From Wallemia ichthyophaga EXF-994 (lineage: Eukaryota; Fungi; Basidiomycota), in assembly GCF_000400465.1 (NCBI RefSeq), contig NW_008806284.1, positions 20,001 through 268,000 of the forward strand: a stretch of DNA of 248,000 bases. Reading direction: 5' to 3'. This document shows, piece by piece, positions 179,900-192,182 of the stretch (its first letter is position 1; the number at the start of each line of letters is the position of its first letter). The translations under genes were made by a program, and so were the position numbers. The notes below the pieces were generated by a model, which saw only the letters and a list, made by a program, of their open reading frames with translations, did not search any database and was not told the origin of the DNA.

Positions 179900-181641
179900 C
179901 GATCAAGTAGCAGCACAATAGATGTGAATTTAGACACTCGAGAGACATACAACGACAATTCAAACTATAAATCAGACACGGATAAGGACAGTCAGCATGT
180001 TCAGCACATATTCATAGAGATTGACGACAAGGATGATCCGATGCGATGGCCCAAGTATAAAAAGATGAGGATAGCGATAGCAGCTATTGGTTTCTCAGTT
180101 TTCGTGTCTGCCAGCACGGCTACCTTTGCACAGGGATTGTACCAGCTCGTGACCGATCTGGATACCACCACCGAGCTCGCGAATGTAGCTCAGGGAATCT
180201 TCGTCGTTGCTTTTGCTTTCCCGCCCATGCTTCTGGCAGGGCTTTCGGAGGAATATGGAAGGAGTAAGATGTGAGTGGTTGAGTGATTCGCAACACAAGT
180301 CTAACAAGACTTAGATTCCTCGTCTCTTACGCTCTCTACACACTTTTGCACCTCCCGATAGCCCTATCGACGAATATTACAGGCGTTATCCTCGGTCGTC
180401 TCTTCCAAGGCTTGGCAGCGAGTACAGGATCGACGCTGACGGCTGGTACGATAGCTGATATTTATACGGGCTATCATCGAGCACTGTGGATGTCAATTTT
180501 TGCAGCCTCTTCTCCTCTAGCCACCGGGGTTGCACCAGTTGTTTACTCATACGTACCCTCCAACTACGCGCTGCACTTCAAAGGTAGCAGTGGTGTTGGC
180601 GGATGGCGCTGGATACAAATTATCCAGATGATAGTGGCATTTGTGTGGGGTATTGTTCTGTGTTTATGGTTTAGGGAAACGCGCGTAAACGTAATCATGA
180701 AGAAGAAGGCTAGAAGAATGCGCAAGGAGACTGGCGACCACTCTCTCCAAGCTGAAGCGGAGCAGTACCGGATGTCGAAGCATCAGATGTTTCGTAATAG
180801 CTTCTTACGACCGTTGAAATTCTTACTGACAGAGCCAATAGTGGCTGTAATGAGCATGTTTATCGGGTGAGTTATAATTAAAACCGACAAGCCTGCACGC
180901 TTGTTATGTTGATAGTTCTCTTACTCCGACTTAGGTTCGCCTGGGCTGTCTTTTTCTCTCTACAGGCTAGCATATCGCACGTCTTCTTGACTCTGTATAG
181001 CGACAACTATGCCATGACTCATGGCTCCGTTGGTTTCGTCTTTATCGCCATCATAGTGGGTACTGTTATTGGTTTTGTTTTCAACCTCTACTTCCAAGAA
181101 AAGTGGTTTTACGACAAGTTTCATCCGCGCTACTCTGTCGAAGCTAGGCTCGGCTCGAGTATGGTATCCGGTATTGTTTTCCCTATCGGCGCTTTCATAT
181201 ATGCGTTCACAACGTACAGTTTCGTGCACTGGATTGCGCCGTGCATCGCAATCACGGTAATTATGGCAGGTATCTTTCCAATCTACTACAGCTCAATGAA
181301 TTATCTCTCTGAATGTTACGGAACGACGGCATCCTCAGCACTAGCGTCTATAGCGATGGTGCGAAATCTGACAGGTGAGGCGTTTGTGGATGATTGCGAG
181401 GTTTTTATTTCTAACTGCTCTCTCTCTCCTAGGCGGGTGCATTCAATTCGTTATTCTCCAATGGCTCGACGGACTCGGGGATAGATTTCAGTATGCGCTG
181501 CTTATGATAGCAGTGATGGCTACAGCGTTAGCAGTGATACCGATTGCACTCTTTCTATTCGGGTCTCGTATACGCCAGCGATCGACGTACGCGCAGGCTA
181601 TATCTGCCAACGAAAGCGCAACAGTTGCTGAAAAAGATTAG
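179900..181641 (+). CDS. MFS DHA1 transporter (paralog of 177827)
   Basis: DDPMRWP, SEEYGR, GGWRWIQ, RETRVNVI. Confidence 0.88.
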
Positions 181642-181802
181642 CTTGATAGACGCGAGTCTGTCAATCAGGCGTAGTGTCGATTGTGATTATAGATAATTAG
181701 CAGGAATGTCTTGGGAAAAGAAAATTGTCTTCATCTATAAAGGATTGATTGATATTCTAATATTTCATCTATAAAAGTCTGATATCTAAAATTGCACGCC
181801 AT

Positions 181803-183520
181803 TTACACGCCACTCGAGAGTTCGGCATACTGTCTGCTGCTCATCTCGCTTAAACGCGAGACAGCTCTAGCGAAAGCGAAGACCTCTTCCTGGCCGGTGA
181901 ACATAGACGACGCCCCAACAGTGTCAGCGTTGAGGCCCTGAGTGTGTGTGAGGGGGGTTACGAGAGGGAGTCGAAGCAGCACCATCGTGCCAGTGTGCCA
182001 AGAATCCACTCACCAGATCATCCATCGCAGAACGCATCACGTCGGTGATTTCACCTGCGTTGCTTGACTCATCTGCGAAAATAGCCTCAATCGGCACCTG
182101 CGAAAGGAGGAGGAGGCGAGCTTTCGATTCGTAAGCTGCGTCAATGAAGGTGATGAAACGGCGGGCCTAGAGGTAGAGTGGAGAGGGAGTAGATGTTAGC
182201 GTAAGCGTCAGCACTACTTATACTACCAAAAGCACACCCACCTGATCCTTCACATTGAGGGAGAGCTGCGGGATATCGTCTACAAAGATAGTGTTGAACG
182301 TGGCCACTATCTCGAGATAGTCCGCAGCACTGAGAGGCATTCCGCAGAGCTGAGAAAAGGAGAACCGCGCAACGTTGCCGTCGGAGCTGCTAAGTGGGAT
182401 GCGCAGTGGACGGCCCCACACGTGCAGCTCTCTATTATGGATCACATCAGGAGTAGCATCCGCAGTGGCCTCCCACATCTTTTCAAATTCCGTTCTGTTC
182501 GCTGAATCGATAGGAGAGAAATAAACCTTAGTACTGGCGCGTGGTAATTTGCGGTAATCAGTGCCCGAGTTTAGAGAAACAACATCAAATGCCGTCTTGA
182601 GAAGGGAGATGCAAGGAAGGAAAGAGTCGCGCTGAATGCCATTTGCGTACAGCTCATCGGGATGTCTGTTACTAGTCATAACCGCCACAACACCGCGATC
182701 GATCAGACCATCGAACAACCTGCGCAGGATCATCGCATCGACTATATCGACCACTTGGAATTCATCGAAGGAGAGCACGGTGCATTCTTGGGCTAGCAAC
182801 TCTATCACGTCAGCTAAAGGATCAGAAGAGCCTGCCACGCGCGCTACGTGTATCCGCTTGTGCACGCTCTGCATAAACGCGTGAAAATGCCACCTCTGCG
182901 CGCGGTCGCGGAGGTGGGACGGGACTGTGTTGTGGAAGAGGTCCATGAGCATTGATCTGTGTGAGTGTGAGAGTGAGTTTGTGCTATATAAACAACCTCA
183001 ACTCACTTCCCCGTGCCTACGTCGCCGTAGAGATACAGACCATGTGGGATACGGGAGCGTTTATCTTCGATGGCCTGTGCGCGTTCGGAATCAAGTAGCG
183101 CCTGCGATTTACCTCCAATGACCCGTTTCCACCACGGCAGCGGCGCGGTAGATGCACTAATGCGGCTGTCTAGTGCAAATAGTGCGCTGGGATTATACGT
183201 CGTCAGCTCGCAATGGAGATCATTGAGTCGGGCTATAACCCGGGATTGGTGACTATCAGCATTGAGAACACCCGTTTTAACGAGGTCTTTGTATTTCTCT
183301 ATTGGCGTGTTCGTGGATGAAGCTGTGTGCGGTGTGTTGCCCCCTCTGCTTCCCTCTTCGCCCGCATATCCATCCTCTGTCTCCTCAGCGCTGAGCGTGG
183401 TGTGCGTGCTGTAAACTCTACCACTAATTCTGCCCATTTTATTAAAACTCGTGTGCCTTATCCCACTGCGAACACTCCTCGGTATTCCTCGAATCACCTG
183501 CGCCAATCGCGACGTCATCA
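181803..183520 (-). CDS. AFG1: AFG1/LACE1 mitochondrial ATPase
   Basis: LYLYGDVGTGK, FDEFQVVDIVDAMIL, TSNRHPDELY. Confidence 0.92.
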
Positions 183521-183692
183521 TGGAAGCAAAGAGGGGACTGAAGCGAGAAGACAAAAACAAAAAAGTCGAGTAACAAATAAAACAACGCAAAAGGATCGGA
183601 AGAATGCAATGTGTATTATTATTTCGTTAAGTGACAGATACATCTAAATAAAACATGAAATGGTGTGTAGGGGATAAATACAGCTAACTAAT

Positions 183693-185678
183693 TTAGTCAA
183701 CCTCCTCAACAGATGGGCCATCACCGCCACCTTGGCCTTCAGCACCTGGGGCAGGTGCACCACCTGGCATACCGCCTGGAGCACCGCCTTGACCGTAGAG
183801 CTTCTGCATGATTGGTGAGGCAACACCCTCAAGTTCCTTCTGGCGACTCTCAAACTCATCCTTGCTAGCAGCTTCAGAGTTGTCGAGGAATGAGATTGTC
183901 TCGTTGACAGCCTCATCCAACTTCTTCTTGTCATCTTCACCGAACTTGTCCTTGAGGTTGTCGTCATTCATTGCGTTACGCAAGTTGTAGGCGTATGACT
184001 CAAGTCCGTTACGTGCGTGGATTCTTGAGGCTGCTTCTTCATCCTCAGCCTTGAACTTCTCAGCATCACTAACCATTCTCTCAATGTCCTCCTTAGTAAG
184101 ACGACCCTTGTCGTTAGTGATGGTGATCTTGTTGCTCTTACCGGTAGTCTTGTCAGCAGCGTTAACGTTCAAAATACCGTTAGCGTCAATGTCGAAGGTA
184201 ACCTCGATTTGTGGTACACCACGTGGTGCTGGTGGAATACCAGAAAGTTCGAATTTACCGAGCAAGTTGTTGTCCTTGGTACGAGCACGTTCACCCTCGA
184301 ATACTTGGATAAGGACACCTGGTTGGTTGTCGGCGTAAGTAGAGAAGACCTCAGACTTCTTGGTTGGAACAGTAGTGTTACGCTTGATGAGTGCAGTCAT
184401 CACACCACCTGCAGTTTCAATACCGGTTGAGAGTGGAGCAACATCGAGAAGGAGCAAGTCTTGAGTCTTCTCTGAAACATCACCGCTGAGGATCGAAGCT
184501 TGGACAGCAGCACCGAAAGCAACAGCCTCATCAGGGTTGATGGAGCGGTTAGCCTCCTTACCGTTGAAGAAGTCAGCAACGAGCTTTTGGATCTTTGGAA
184601 TACGAGTAGAACCACCAACAAGGACAATGTCGTGGACAGAGGACTTGTCAGCCTTGGCATCACGGAGAACGCTCTCGACAGGCTCCATGGTGTTACGGAA
184701 AAGATCTTGACAGAGTTCCTCGAAACGAGCACGGGTGATTGACGAGTAGAGGTCCATACCCTCGAACAAAGAGTCGATTTCAATGGTAGTTTGAGCAGCA
184801 GATGAAAGGGTACGCTTGGCACGCTCACATGAAGTGCGGAGACGACGCATAGCACGAGCGTTGTCGGAGATGTCCTTCTTGTTCTTACGCTTGAATTCTT
184901 GAACAAAGTGGTTGACGAGACGGTTGTCAAAGTCCTCACCACCAAGGTGAGTGTCACCAGCAGTGGACTTGACTTCGAAGATACCCTCCTCGATGGTGAG
185001 GAGTGAGACATCGAAGGTACCACCACCCAAATCGAAGATAAGGACGTTGCGCTCACCCTCAGTCTTCTTGTCGAGACCGTAAGCAATAGCAGCAGCGGTT
185101 GGCTCGTTGATGATACGCATGACGTTGAGACCAGCGATCAAACCGGCGTCCTTGGTAGCTTGACGTTGTGAGTCGTTGAAGTAGGCTGGAACGGTAACAA
185201 CGGCGTCCTTGACGGTGGTACCGAGGTAAGCCTCAGCAATGTCCTTCATCTTGACGAGAACCATTGCGCTGACTTCCTCAGGAGTGAATTGCTTCTTCTC
185301 GCCCTTGTACTCGACCTCGATCTTTGGCTTGTCGGCTGAGTCTTGGATGAGCTTGAATGGCCAGTGCTTGTTGTCAGCCTGGACATCGTCATCAGAGAAC
185401 TTGCGACCAATCAAACGCTTAGCGTCGAAGACCGTGTTGTAAGGGTTCATAGCCGTTTGGTTCTTTGCGGCGTCACCAATCAGACGCTCAGTGTCTGTGA
185501 AAGCGACGTATGAAGGGGTAGTGCGGTTACCTTGGTCGTTGGCGATAATTTCGACTCTGTCGTTTTGCCAGACAGCGACACAGGAGTATGTTGTACCCAA
185601 ATCGATACCTGGGATATTTGTTAGTTTAGCTGCTATGAAATTCCTATAACCCTCACCAATTGCTTTGCTAGATGTCAT
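183693..185678 (-). CDS. SSA1: Cytosolic Hsp70 (Ssa)
   Basis: GIDLGTTYS; C-terminal SVEEVD. Confidence 0.99.
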   Translation of the reverse strand: MTSSKAIGEGYRNFIAAKLTNIPGIDLGTTYSCVAVWQNDRVEIIANDQGNRTTPSYVAFTDTERLIGDAAKNQTAMNPYNTVFDAKRLIGRKFSDDDVQADNKHWPFKLIQDSADKPKIEVEYKGEKKQFTPEEVSAMVLVKMKDIAEAYLGTTVKDAVVTVPAYFNDSQRQATKDAGLIAGLNVMRIINEPTAAAIAYGLDKKTEGERNVLIFDLGGGTFDVSLLTIEEGIFEVKSTAGDTHLGGEDFDNRLVNHFVQEFKRKNKKDISDNARAMRRLRTSCERAKRTLSSAAQTTIEIDSLFEGMDLYSSITRARFEELCQDLFRNTMEPVESVLRDAKADKSSVHDIVLVGGSTRIPKIQKLVADFFNGKEANRSINPDEAVAFGAAVQASILSGDVSEKTQDLLLLDVAPLSTGIETAGGVMTALIKRNTTVPTKKSEVFSTYADNQPGVLIQVFEGERARTKDNNLLGKFELSGIPPAPRGVPQIEVTFDIDANGILNVNAADKTTGKSNKITITNDKGRLTKEDIERMVSDAEKFKAEDEEAASRIHARNGLESYAYNLRNAMNDDNLKDKFGEDDKKKLDEAVNETISFLDNSEAASKDEFESRQKELEGVASPIMQKLYGQGGAPGGMPGGAPAPGAEGQGGGDGPSVEEVD

Positions 185679-185979
185679 TATTTTATTTTGTGATGGTTAT
185701 GTGAGAAGCCCCTTCGCTGGCTTATATTTGGTGAAATTTTGTCAAATTCCCGAAGTTAAGAGAAGATGAGAGAATGTTCCCGAAATGTCGTGGGTGAGGG
185801 TGAGAGGGGTATCATTGAGATCGCGCGGATTCGGTGATTCTGTTGGTGCTTTACATGTGTACAATTGGTTTATTGTGGGTGCGCCTATTGACGTCATCTG
185901 CGGACTGCGTCGTCTTCTTGATTGAAAATACGAATATATTCATCAATTGTATTACAAGATATAAATCATTCATTCTCTC

Positions 185980-187164
185980 CTAGTAAAAGTGCTCTGCTTG
186001 AGGTATTGGGTTGCGAATAGCATCTGGAGTAAGTCTACTAATATCTGCCGACAATTTACACTCTGTGATAATATCAGCGAGTACTTTGCCTGTAGCAGGG
186101 CCTAATAAAATACCCCACACGCTATGTCCAGCGCCGACGTGAATGCCCGGTGAGATGGTCCCTATAAGTGGATTGCTTGAGCTACCAGTAGGTATTGGCA
186201 TATAGCAGGCTTGTTCGGCGACTACCTCAGTCAGGCTACCTTGGTATGTAGAGAAGTGTTGTGGGGAGATAAGTGCGGCTTCCTTCTTGAGCTGGGCGAT
186301 GCTGGCTGCATCTACCTCAACCTCCGCCGCCGTATTCGGTAGCCTGGCGTCATCTGCACTGCCACATACAAACGCCGTACCATCTGGCCTAGCAAACAGC
186401 TCTGGCTCTGATGGCTGATGGCCGCGGACTAGTAGATTGACAAATAAACAGTGGGCTGACATATGCAGCTGGCTCGGTGGCTGGAGGATAATGGAGTGAA
186501 TGCGTTGGCCATCGACGCGTGCAATGTTTGATTCTTCACGTGTGAGTGTGTCAGCTGCTAATTTGCCTGTCCATGGACCAGTGGCGAATACGACATGGTC
186601 ACACTCAATCTGCCACTCATTTTCACCATCTGAGACAGTTGCTGATCTTGGTCTATTCTCCTTGTCTTGGTTTCTTTCAATCGATATCAAGTGGGCTTTG
186701 ACGAAGGTGGCTTTTGATTGTGCTAATAACATTTCCACTAACGGACGCGGATTCACCTGTGCACACATATTCGGTGATCCTAGCAAATTGCACTCGGAGA
186801 CAATCACATTCGGATCAACCCAATTTGTACCAAACTTCTTGTGTTCATATTGAGGGCATTTTCGATGACCAATTTCTGCAGATAAGTTGAGTGCTGTTAC
186901 TCTGCGATAACCCCAGTTGCGTGGACCGTCCAACTTGTCAGCGAGATCTTGGTGTATACGCCAGCTCAATTGAGATAATGAATTTGAATCAGGGCCATTC
187001 CAATCGGCAGCAATGAAACCACCTGCTTTTCCTGAGGCACCGGGTGCAATGCCTGAGGAATCGATGATAGTGATGTGAGCTGGATCCTGAGACTGTGATA
187101 GGAAGTAGGCAGTTGAAGTACCAACAATACCACAACCAACGATTAAAACGTTTTTATTTGACAT
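185980..187164 (-). CDS. FAD-dependent oxidoreductase (Tda3-like)
   Basis: IVGCGIVG, ASGKAGGF, GHSVWGILLGPATG. Confidence 0.85.
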   Translation of the reverse strand: MSNKNVLIVGCGIVGTSTAYFLSQSQDPAHITIIDSSGIAPGASGKAGGFIAADWNGPDSNSLSQLSWRIHQDLADKLDGPRNWGYRRVTALNLSAEIGHRKCPQYEHKKFGTNWVDPNVIVSECNLLGSPNMCAQVNPRPLVEMLLAQSKATFVKAHLISIERNQDKENRPRSATVSDGENEWQIECDHVVFATGPWTGKLAADTLTREESNIARVDGQRIHSIILQPPSQLHMSAHCLFVNLLVRGHQPSEPELFARPDGTAFVCGSADDARLPNTAAEVEVDAASIAQLKKEAALISPQHFSTYQGSLTEVVAEQACYMPIPTGSSSNPLIGTISPGIHVGAGHSVWGILLGPATGKVLADIITECKLSADISRLTPDAIRNPIPQAEHFY

Positions 187165-187603
187165 TTATACAGTGGATGTTTAAAATGAAAATTAATTTAT
187201 TTTGTACCTTGTAGTACACATACTTATGGGAGTAGTACATGATGAATTGGCTGTGGTTAAGAGGATCAGATATAAGAATATAAATGCTTTAAGAGGTCAA
187301 ATTTGGTTTAATTGGCTCGATTTATTCATCAATTCAGTCAGTAGGCTGCTCAAAGAAAAGACAGCAGCCAACCAATCAAAAGCCACGCACGCAGCGCTTA
187401 AACTCACGGAATTCCTAGATTACCAGCTAAAGCTAACGCATTTCATTCCAATTACACTCACGTTACTTGGTTGTGTGGCTAGAATATGGGATTGGATGGG
187501 ATCCGTTTCCATATCTCATTAGCATTCCATTCCAAGGGTTTCGTATAAAATTCATAACATGGCTCTCTTTCTCTTTCTTAGAACACTGTAAACAATCAGT
187601 AGA

Positions 187604-188125
187604 ATGTCCCTCCTCATCACTCTCACCAGATTCTTCAAAGTCGTAATCATCGCCTTCTCCATCGCGATTATCGTGTTGGGTGCTGTATATACCAGAGACG
187701 TAAGCGACTGGTTTAGCCATGCCCGCTATGCATCAGCCGTCGCCGCTCTCCTCGCCGCATCAGCCTTAAACCTCCTCACAACCCTCATCCCGCTCACATA
187801 CGGTGGTTTATCCGTCGGCCTCAACGTTCTCCTCTACCTCTTCAACTTCCTCTTCACATTCGCAACTGCAATCGCTGTTGCTGCCCTGAGAGAAGGCAGA
187901 GGCGGTATGGCTTACTGCCGCGACTTGCAACCAAACAGGATGTTCTCGCACTGTTTCGACCAGTATCTCGCTCTCATCGTATTAGGCTTCCTCCTCGCCT
188001 TCTTCGACCTCTTCCTCGTCATCATTTACCCCATCGCGGTGATGCTCCACAACAAACGCGTCAACCAGTCAAATGGGTTTAGAACGAGGACTGACAGTCT
188101 CTTACCAAAGCAGCAGGAAAATTGA
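187604..188125 (+). CDS. Four-TM MARVEL-like protein
   Basis: Four hydrophobic segments. Confidence 0.5.
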   Translation: MSLLITLTRFFKVVIIAFSIAIIVLGAVYTRDVSDWFSHARYASAVAALLAASALNLLTTLIPLTYGGLSVGLNVLLYLFNFLFTFATAIAVAALREGRGGMAYCRDLQPNRMFSHCFDQYLALIVLGFLLAFFDLFLVIIYPIAVMLHNKRVNQSNGFRTRTDSLLPKQQEN

Positions 188126-188271
188126 AGATGTTTTCTCTTAACTTTGTTCTCCTCTCTTCACTCATGTACCGTGCATCCACATTAATTTTTAATACCTAAT
188201 CTTAATATCACATCGGATTATATTGTCCGTTTACCTTGATTTCTTTATCTGGCTGCTTTGCCTTAACTTAA

Positions 188272-188620
188272 ATGGCTGAAGATGGTTTTGTCTGTGTTTT
188301 CTTAATCCTTGTTTTCTCTTCTCATTCACAATTTACAGGGCTGCGCTGGCCTCATATCCATCTGCTGCGTGTCCATTATCGAACCCATCTGCAACACGCA
188401 CAGATGCGGTATGTGCAACGCGTGCTCCTGCAACTGCTGCAAATGCTGCCAAAATAAATTTGATCAAGATAATTGGAATGCACACAAGAGTCCATTTGAC
188501 AGGGATGACGGTGACACAGCGACCACCCAGCAACCCACACAGCAGCCCAATATGAACGTCGGTGGCGATGCTGTTACTCTAAGCAACAACCCACCTCCAC
188601 CTCCATACTCAACTCAATGA
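188272..188620 (+). CDS. Small Cys-rich protein
   Basis: CCVSIIEPICNTHRCGMCNACSCNCCKCC; PPPY tail. Confidence 0.5.
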
Positions 188621-188676
188621 AAATTAACCTGGGTATCTTCTTTTGTATCTTCCCTACAATTCAATTCACTTTCCGT

Positions 188677-190638
188677 TTAAAACCCTCCAGCTAACTTTGT
188701 TGCCGCTTCTCTCGCATTTATACGCTTCTTATCCGCCTTGTGTCTTGATATACTTGCCGTCGACTGTGACATGCTTTCTCTGCTTGCTGAGGTCGGTGTC
188801 GGTGTGGCCTGGGCTGGAAGTACTGATGACTGTGATAGCGTCGTGCGTGATGTATCTACTCTACCCGTCAATGCACTAGCCGAGGCACCCAGTGGATCAC
188901 TTGAGTTTGTTTGCTTGATTTGCTTATTCTGATTTTGCTCCTCATCTTGCTCCTGCTCCTGTGTCTTTTCTTGTTTCTTCTCCTGCTTCTTCTCTTGCTC
189001 ATACTCCCGCTGCTGCTCCTTCTCTTTCTCTTCCACGCCCCCCTCCACACTCCCACTCCCACCCACGTCCATCCCTTCAACCACCCTCTGGACGGCCTGC
189101 AACTCACCAATTTTAAGACGGGAGTGCTCAACACCCAAAGCGGCGTGTTCACTGAGTAGATGAACGAGATCTTCCTCTGTCTGTTTATCATGAACAGCGA
189201 GAGCCTGATGAAGATGCAGCCCTACGAGCTGAACCTGCTGAGCGAGGTTATCCTCGACAGTCTGCGCCTCTCTCAATTCACCTAGGGACGAATCCGCCCT
189301 CTGTACGTTAATCGCCCTACCACCCTTCATGCGTTCTACTGCGCGTCTCTTCGAGATAGAGCGCTGCACTGCGCGCTGATAGTCATCCTGTAGTTCGTTA
189401 CGCTGCACGAGTGTGTATCTTACTGCTCTCGCATCGCGCGCGCAATAAATTAGCCCGTCATATAGTGTCACCAGCTCTCCCGCACAATGCCGCAGTCCTA
189501 CCTCGCCCATACGCCCAGCACACCGCGAAAGCTTCTCCAAGGAATGCGCCAGACTCGGCATGTGTACTCGCTCCGCACCAGATAGGGTCAATAGTCGCTC
189601 ACTTACACTCGTCTCAGCTGTCGCACTGTCACGTTGACGACGTATCACCATCTCGAGTGTACCGACGACGCGTTGGAGTGCCTTCTCTTGATCTTTAGCT
189701 ACCGCTTGCGCTTGTATTAGGTATGCGTTGGTGTCTTCGTTCTCGTCTGCCGTATTAGTTGCGTCAGACCCGTTAGAGGCGTTGGTTGGGTCGTCGCTAT
189801 ATGCTGCGTGAACCTTTTCTTCCTTCGTCACCGCTGCCCCTCCTCCTCCTCCGCCCCAAAGCCCCAGATTAGGGAGTTTGTTGGATAGCTTAAAGTTGAT
189901 ACCCCCGCCACGTGGTTTGAACAGCTGGACAGGAACGTAGGAGAATTTGTTCATGATAAATGCACGCATATCGCTGTCGTTGTGCAAAGCAACATCCCCA
190001 CTGACCCTATCAAACCAGCGCTGAAGTGCGAGACGCACACGACGGTCATCTTCCTCTTCGCTCTGTGCGTTGGAGGAGTTGGCGGGGAGTGCGGGAATGA
190101 TAGTGGAAGGGTGTGCCTGAGTGAGCTGCTCACTCAACCGCGTCACCTCATCGTATGTGCGCTGTACACCACGATAAACAGAGCTGTTGCGAGATGTTGC
190201 TGTCCCACCGCCTGTATCATAGTCGGGGATATTCGTACTCGCGTCAAATTCAACAAGATAGTCACGTCGATTCTTGGTAATACCAGTAACGCGAATTTTG
190301 AGGAAAGGGGGGGAATCAGCCGTGGTTGTATGGTTATTACTGCTTTTAATGCTGTTGCTACCAGCAGTGGTTATGACAGATGGCTGCGCAAGTGGGGCTG
190401 TTGGCTGGCCATATATCTTAGCAGTGGAGGGTATACTGAGAGTGGATGAGTTCCTGCTGCGTGGTGGTTGCTGTGTATGCTGTTGCTGTTGACGCTCCCT
190501 TTCCCTCTCTTCCAGCGCTGGCAAAGGCTTATCCGTGGAGAGAGATGTGTGCAGTGAGTGCGACGCCGGCGCATCTTCCCAGGCGTTTGAGCTGTCGTAG
190601 AGTGTTGGAGCTGATTGGCTGAGTGGATCACTGTTCAT
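188677..190638 (-). CDS. VPS17: Retromer sorting nexin Vps17 (PX-BAR)
   Basis: FLKIRVTGITKNRRD...FDASTN, VQRTYDE, TIIPALP. Confidence 0.82.
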   Translation of the reverse strand: MNSDPLSQSAPTLYDSSNAWEDAPASHSLHTSLSTDKPLPALEERERERQQQQHTQQPPRSRNSSTLSIPSTAKIYGQPTAPLAQPSVITTAGSNSIKSSNNHTTTADSPPFLKIRVTGITKNRRDYLVEFDASTNIPDYDTGGGTATSRNSSVYRGVQRTYDEVTRLSEQLTQAHPSTIIPALPANSSNAQSEEEDDRRVRLALQRWFDRVSGDVALHNDSDMRAFIMNKFSYVPVQLFKPRGGGINFKLSNKLPNLGLWGGGGGGAAVTKEEKVHAAYSDDPTNASNGSDATNTADENEDTNAYLIQAQAVAKDQEKALQRVVGTLEMVIRRQRDSATAETSVSERLLTLSGAERVHMPSLAHSLEKLSRCAGRMGEVGLRHCAGELVTLYDGLIYCARDARAVRYTLVQRNELQDDYQRAVQRSISKRRAVERMKGGRAINVQRADSSLGELREAQTVEDNLAQQVQLVGLHLHQALAVHDKQTEEDLVHLLSEHAALGVEHSRLKIGELQAVQRVVEGMDVGGSGSVEGGVEEKEKEQQREYEQEKKQEKKQEKTQEQEQDEEQNQNKQIKQTNSSDPLGASASALTGRVDTSRTTLSQSSVLPAQATPTPTSASRESMSQSTASISRHKADKKRINAREAATKLAGGF

Positions 190639-190706
190639 CGTCCAGGAACAAGAAGTAAAAGAAATAAAATAAAAAATATAATTATTCAGGTTATCTGATA
190701 ACCATC

Positions 190707-191393
190707 ATGTCGAGAAGCACACAAGTTACAATCACCGCCGCACCTTGGAAATCACTGCTAGAGAATACGCTAAATGAAAATAAAGAAAAGACTAAAAATA
190801 TATTCAACGTTGCTGTTGGTACAGTCCAAGGGAATAGACCTAGAGTGAGGATGATGGTACACAGGGCATTCCAAGGAAATCTACTCCTTACGACAACTGA
190901 TATACGTATGAACAAGATACATCAATTGGAAGATTCCTACGTTGATAACAAAGGCTCACCAATCGATTATGTCTTCTGGATTGAACCTGCTATCCGTCAA
191001 TTCAGATTCACCGGTAACGCTTTCCTTCTGCCTTCACCTTGTCATCGTAATCCAACTCCCTTATCAGATTACCTCATTAATTCTGGTATCGACTTTGAGC
191101 AGAAACGCATTGACATCTATAACTCCATGTCACGCTCTTTACGCGCTTCTTTCGCTAAACCTTTCTCGCCTGGAAGTCATAGATCTTGGGATGAAAATTC
191201 TCATCCGTCTCCCGATAAAGTTGAGTCAGATGACCAAGATGAGTGGTATCAAAAGGGCTTAGACAACTTTGCATTGCTCGTTGTAGACCCATTTCAAGTT
191301 GATTACTGCGATCTCCTCACTCAACCAAATCAACGTAAGGTATTCACACTCAACGAGCAAAACGCGTGGATTGAAGAGGATGTACACCCATAA
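190707..191393 (+). CDS. Pyridoxamine-phosphate-oxidase-like FMN-binding protein
   Basis: APWKSLL, PRVRMMVHRAF, TTDIRMNK. Confidence 0.8.
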   Translation: MSRSTQVTITAAPWKSLLENTLNENKEKTKNIFNVAVGTVQGNRPRVRMMVHRAFQGNLLLTTTDIRMNKIHQLEDSYVDNKGSPIDYVFWIEPAIRQFRFTGNAFLLPSPCHRNPTPLSDYLINSGIDFEQKRIDIYNSMSRSLRASFAKPFSPGSHRSWDENSHPSPDKVESDDQDEWYQKGLDNFALLVVDPFQVDYCDLLTQPNQRKVFTLNEQNAWIEEDVHP

Positions 191394-191414
191394 TGTATAT
191401 AATCATATAAAATC

Positions 191415-192182
191415 TTAATCCAAACTTAAATTGATCGCTGGCATTTCATTCTGTCGCTTGTTAGACGTAGTAACGGGTGTATTACCACCAGATTCATCCT
191501 CCACCTCCATGAATTTTACTCTTTGTCTGTGTAGTAACGGCAGCTTAGGCGTGAGCGTTACCAACAAAGCCACAAAGTTGAATGCAAATAACCAGCTCTG
191601 AAATTTGGTATAGTGAGTTGAAATCAAGAACAATCCAATTGGCACACAGGTAAGCCACTTGCGAGCAGGCGTATACTGAGCACCGCCATCAATCTGTTCC
191701 CAGAATGTAAGCTCATCCCATGCGCCATTGTTGCTCTCAAAAGGAACTCCCTTGACGTGATGGAACATGAGGAACGTGACTGCCATATAACCGCAGTTAA
191801 CCAGTGTCCAGCTGATTTCCTGTGTCATTCCAGGTAAAGCGTCTATTAACAGCTTCCCAAGCGTCACGAGCACTACATGCATCAGCCACGCGCCTTTGAA
191901 ATTTACCCAGTCAGCGTTGTAGTTGTTCAGTGCTCCTTGATCTAGCGTCTCCTGTGCATCTGCTGGTACTTCCTGTAAACTAACAAGCGATGACGATCTC
192001 CCCCTCCTTCTCCTCTGCGGCGGTGGTTGTGATTGTGATTGTGCTTGCGTCTGGTGTGCGCTCCCACTGCCGCCACCACTCCCACTCCCACTCTCCTCTC
192101 CTGATATCACCAGACTCGGTATTGGCGGTGTTGTTCGCGCTGTCATTTCTCCTCGCTTTTGCTCTTCGCTGTTGTGAATCAA
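191415..192182 (-). CDS. ORM1: ORM sphingolipid regulator
   Basis: NADWVNFKGAW, FHHVKGVPFE, LTFWEQID. Confidence 0.92.
   Translation of the reverse strand: MIHNSEEQKRGEMTARTTPPIPSLVISGEESGSGSGGGSGSAHQTQAQSQSQPPPQRRRRGRSSSLVSLQEVPADAQETLDQGALNNYNADWVNFKGAWLMHVVLVTLGKLLIDALPGMTQEISWTLVNCGYMAVTFLMFHHVKGVPFESNNGAWDELTFWEQIDGGAQYTPARKWLTCVPIGLFLISTHYTKFQSWLFAFNFVALLVTLTPKLPLLHRQRVKFMEVEDESGGNTPVTTSNKRQNEMPAINLSLD

Noticed and set aside
183808-184742. Antisense ORFs over HSP70
   Set aside because: Short shadow ORFs typical of highly codon-biased genes; no independent motifs.
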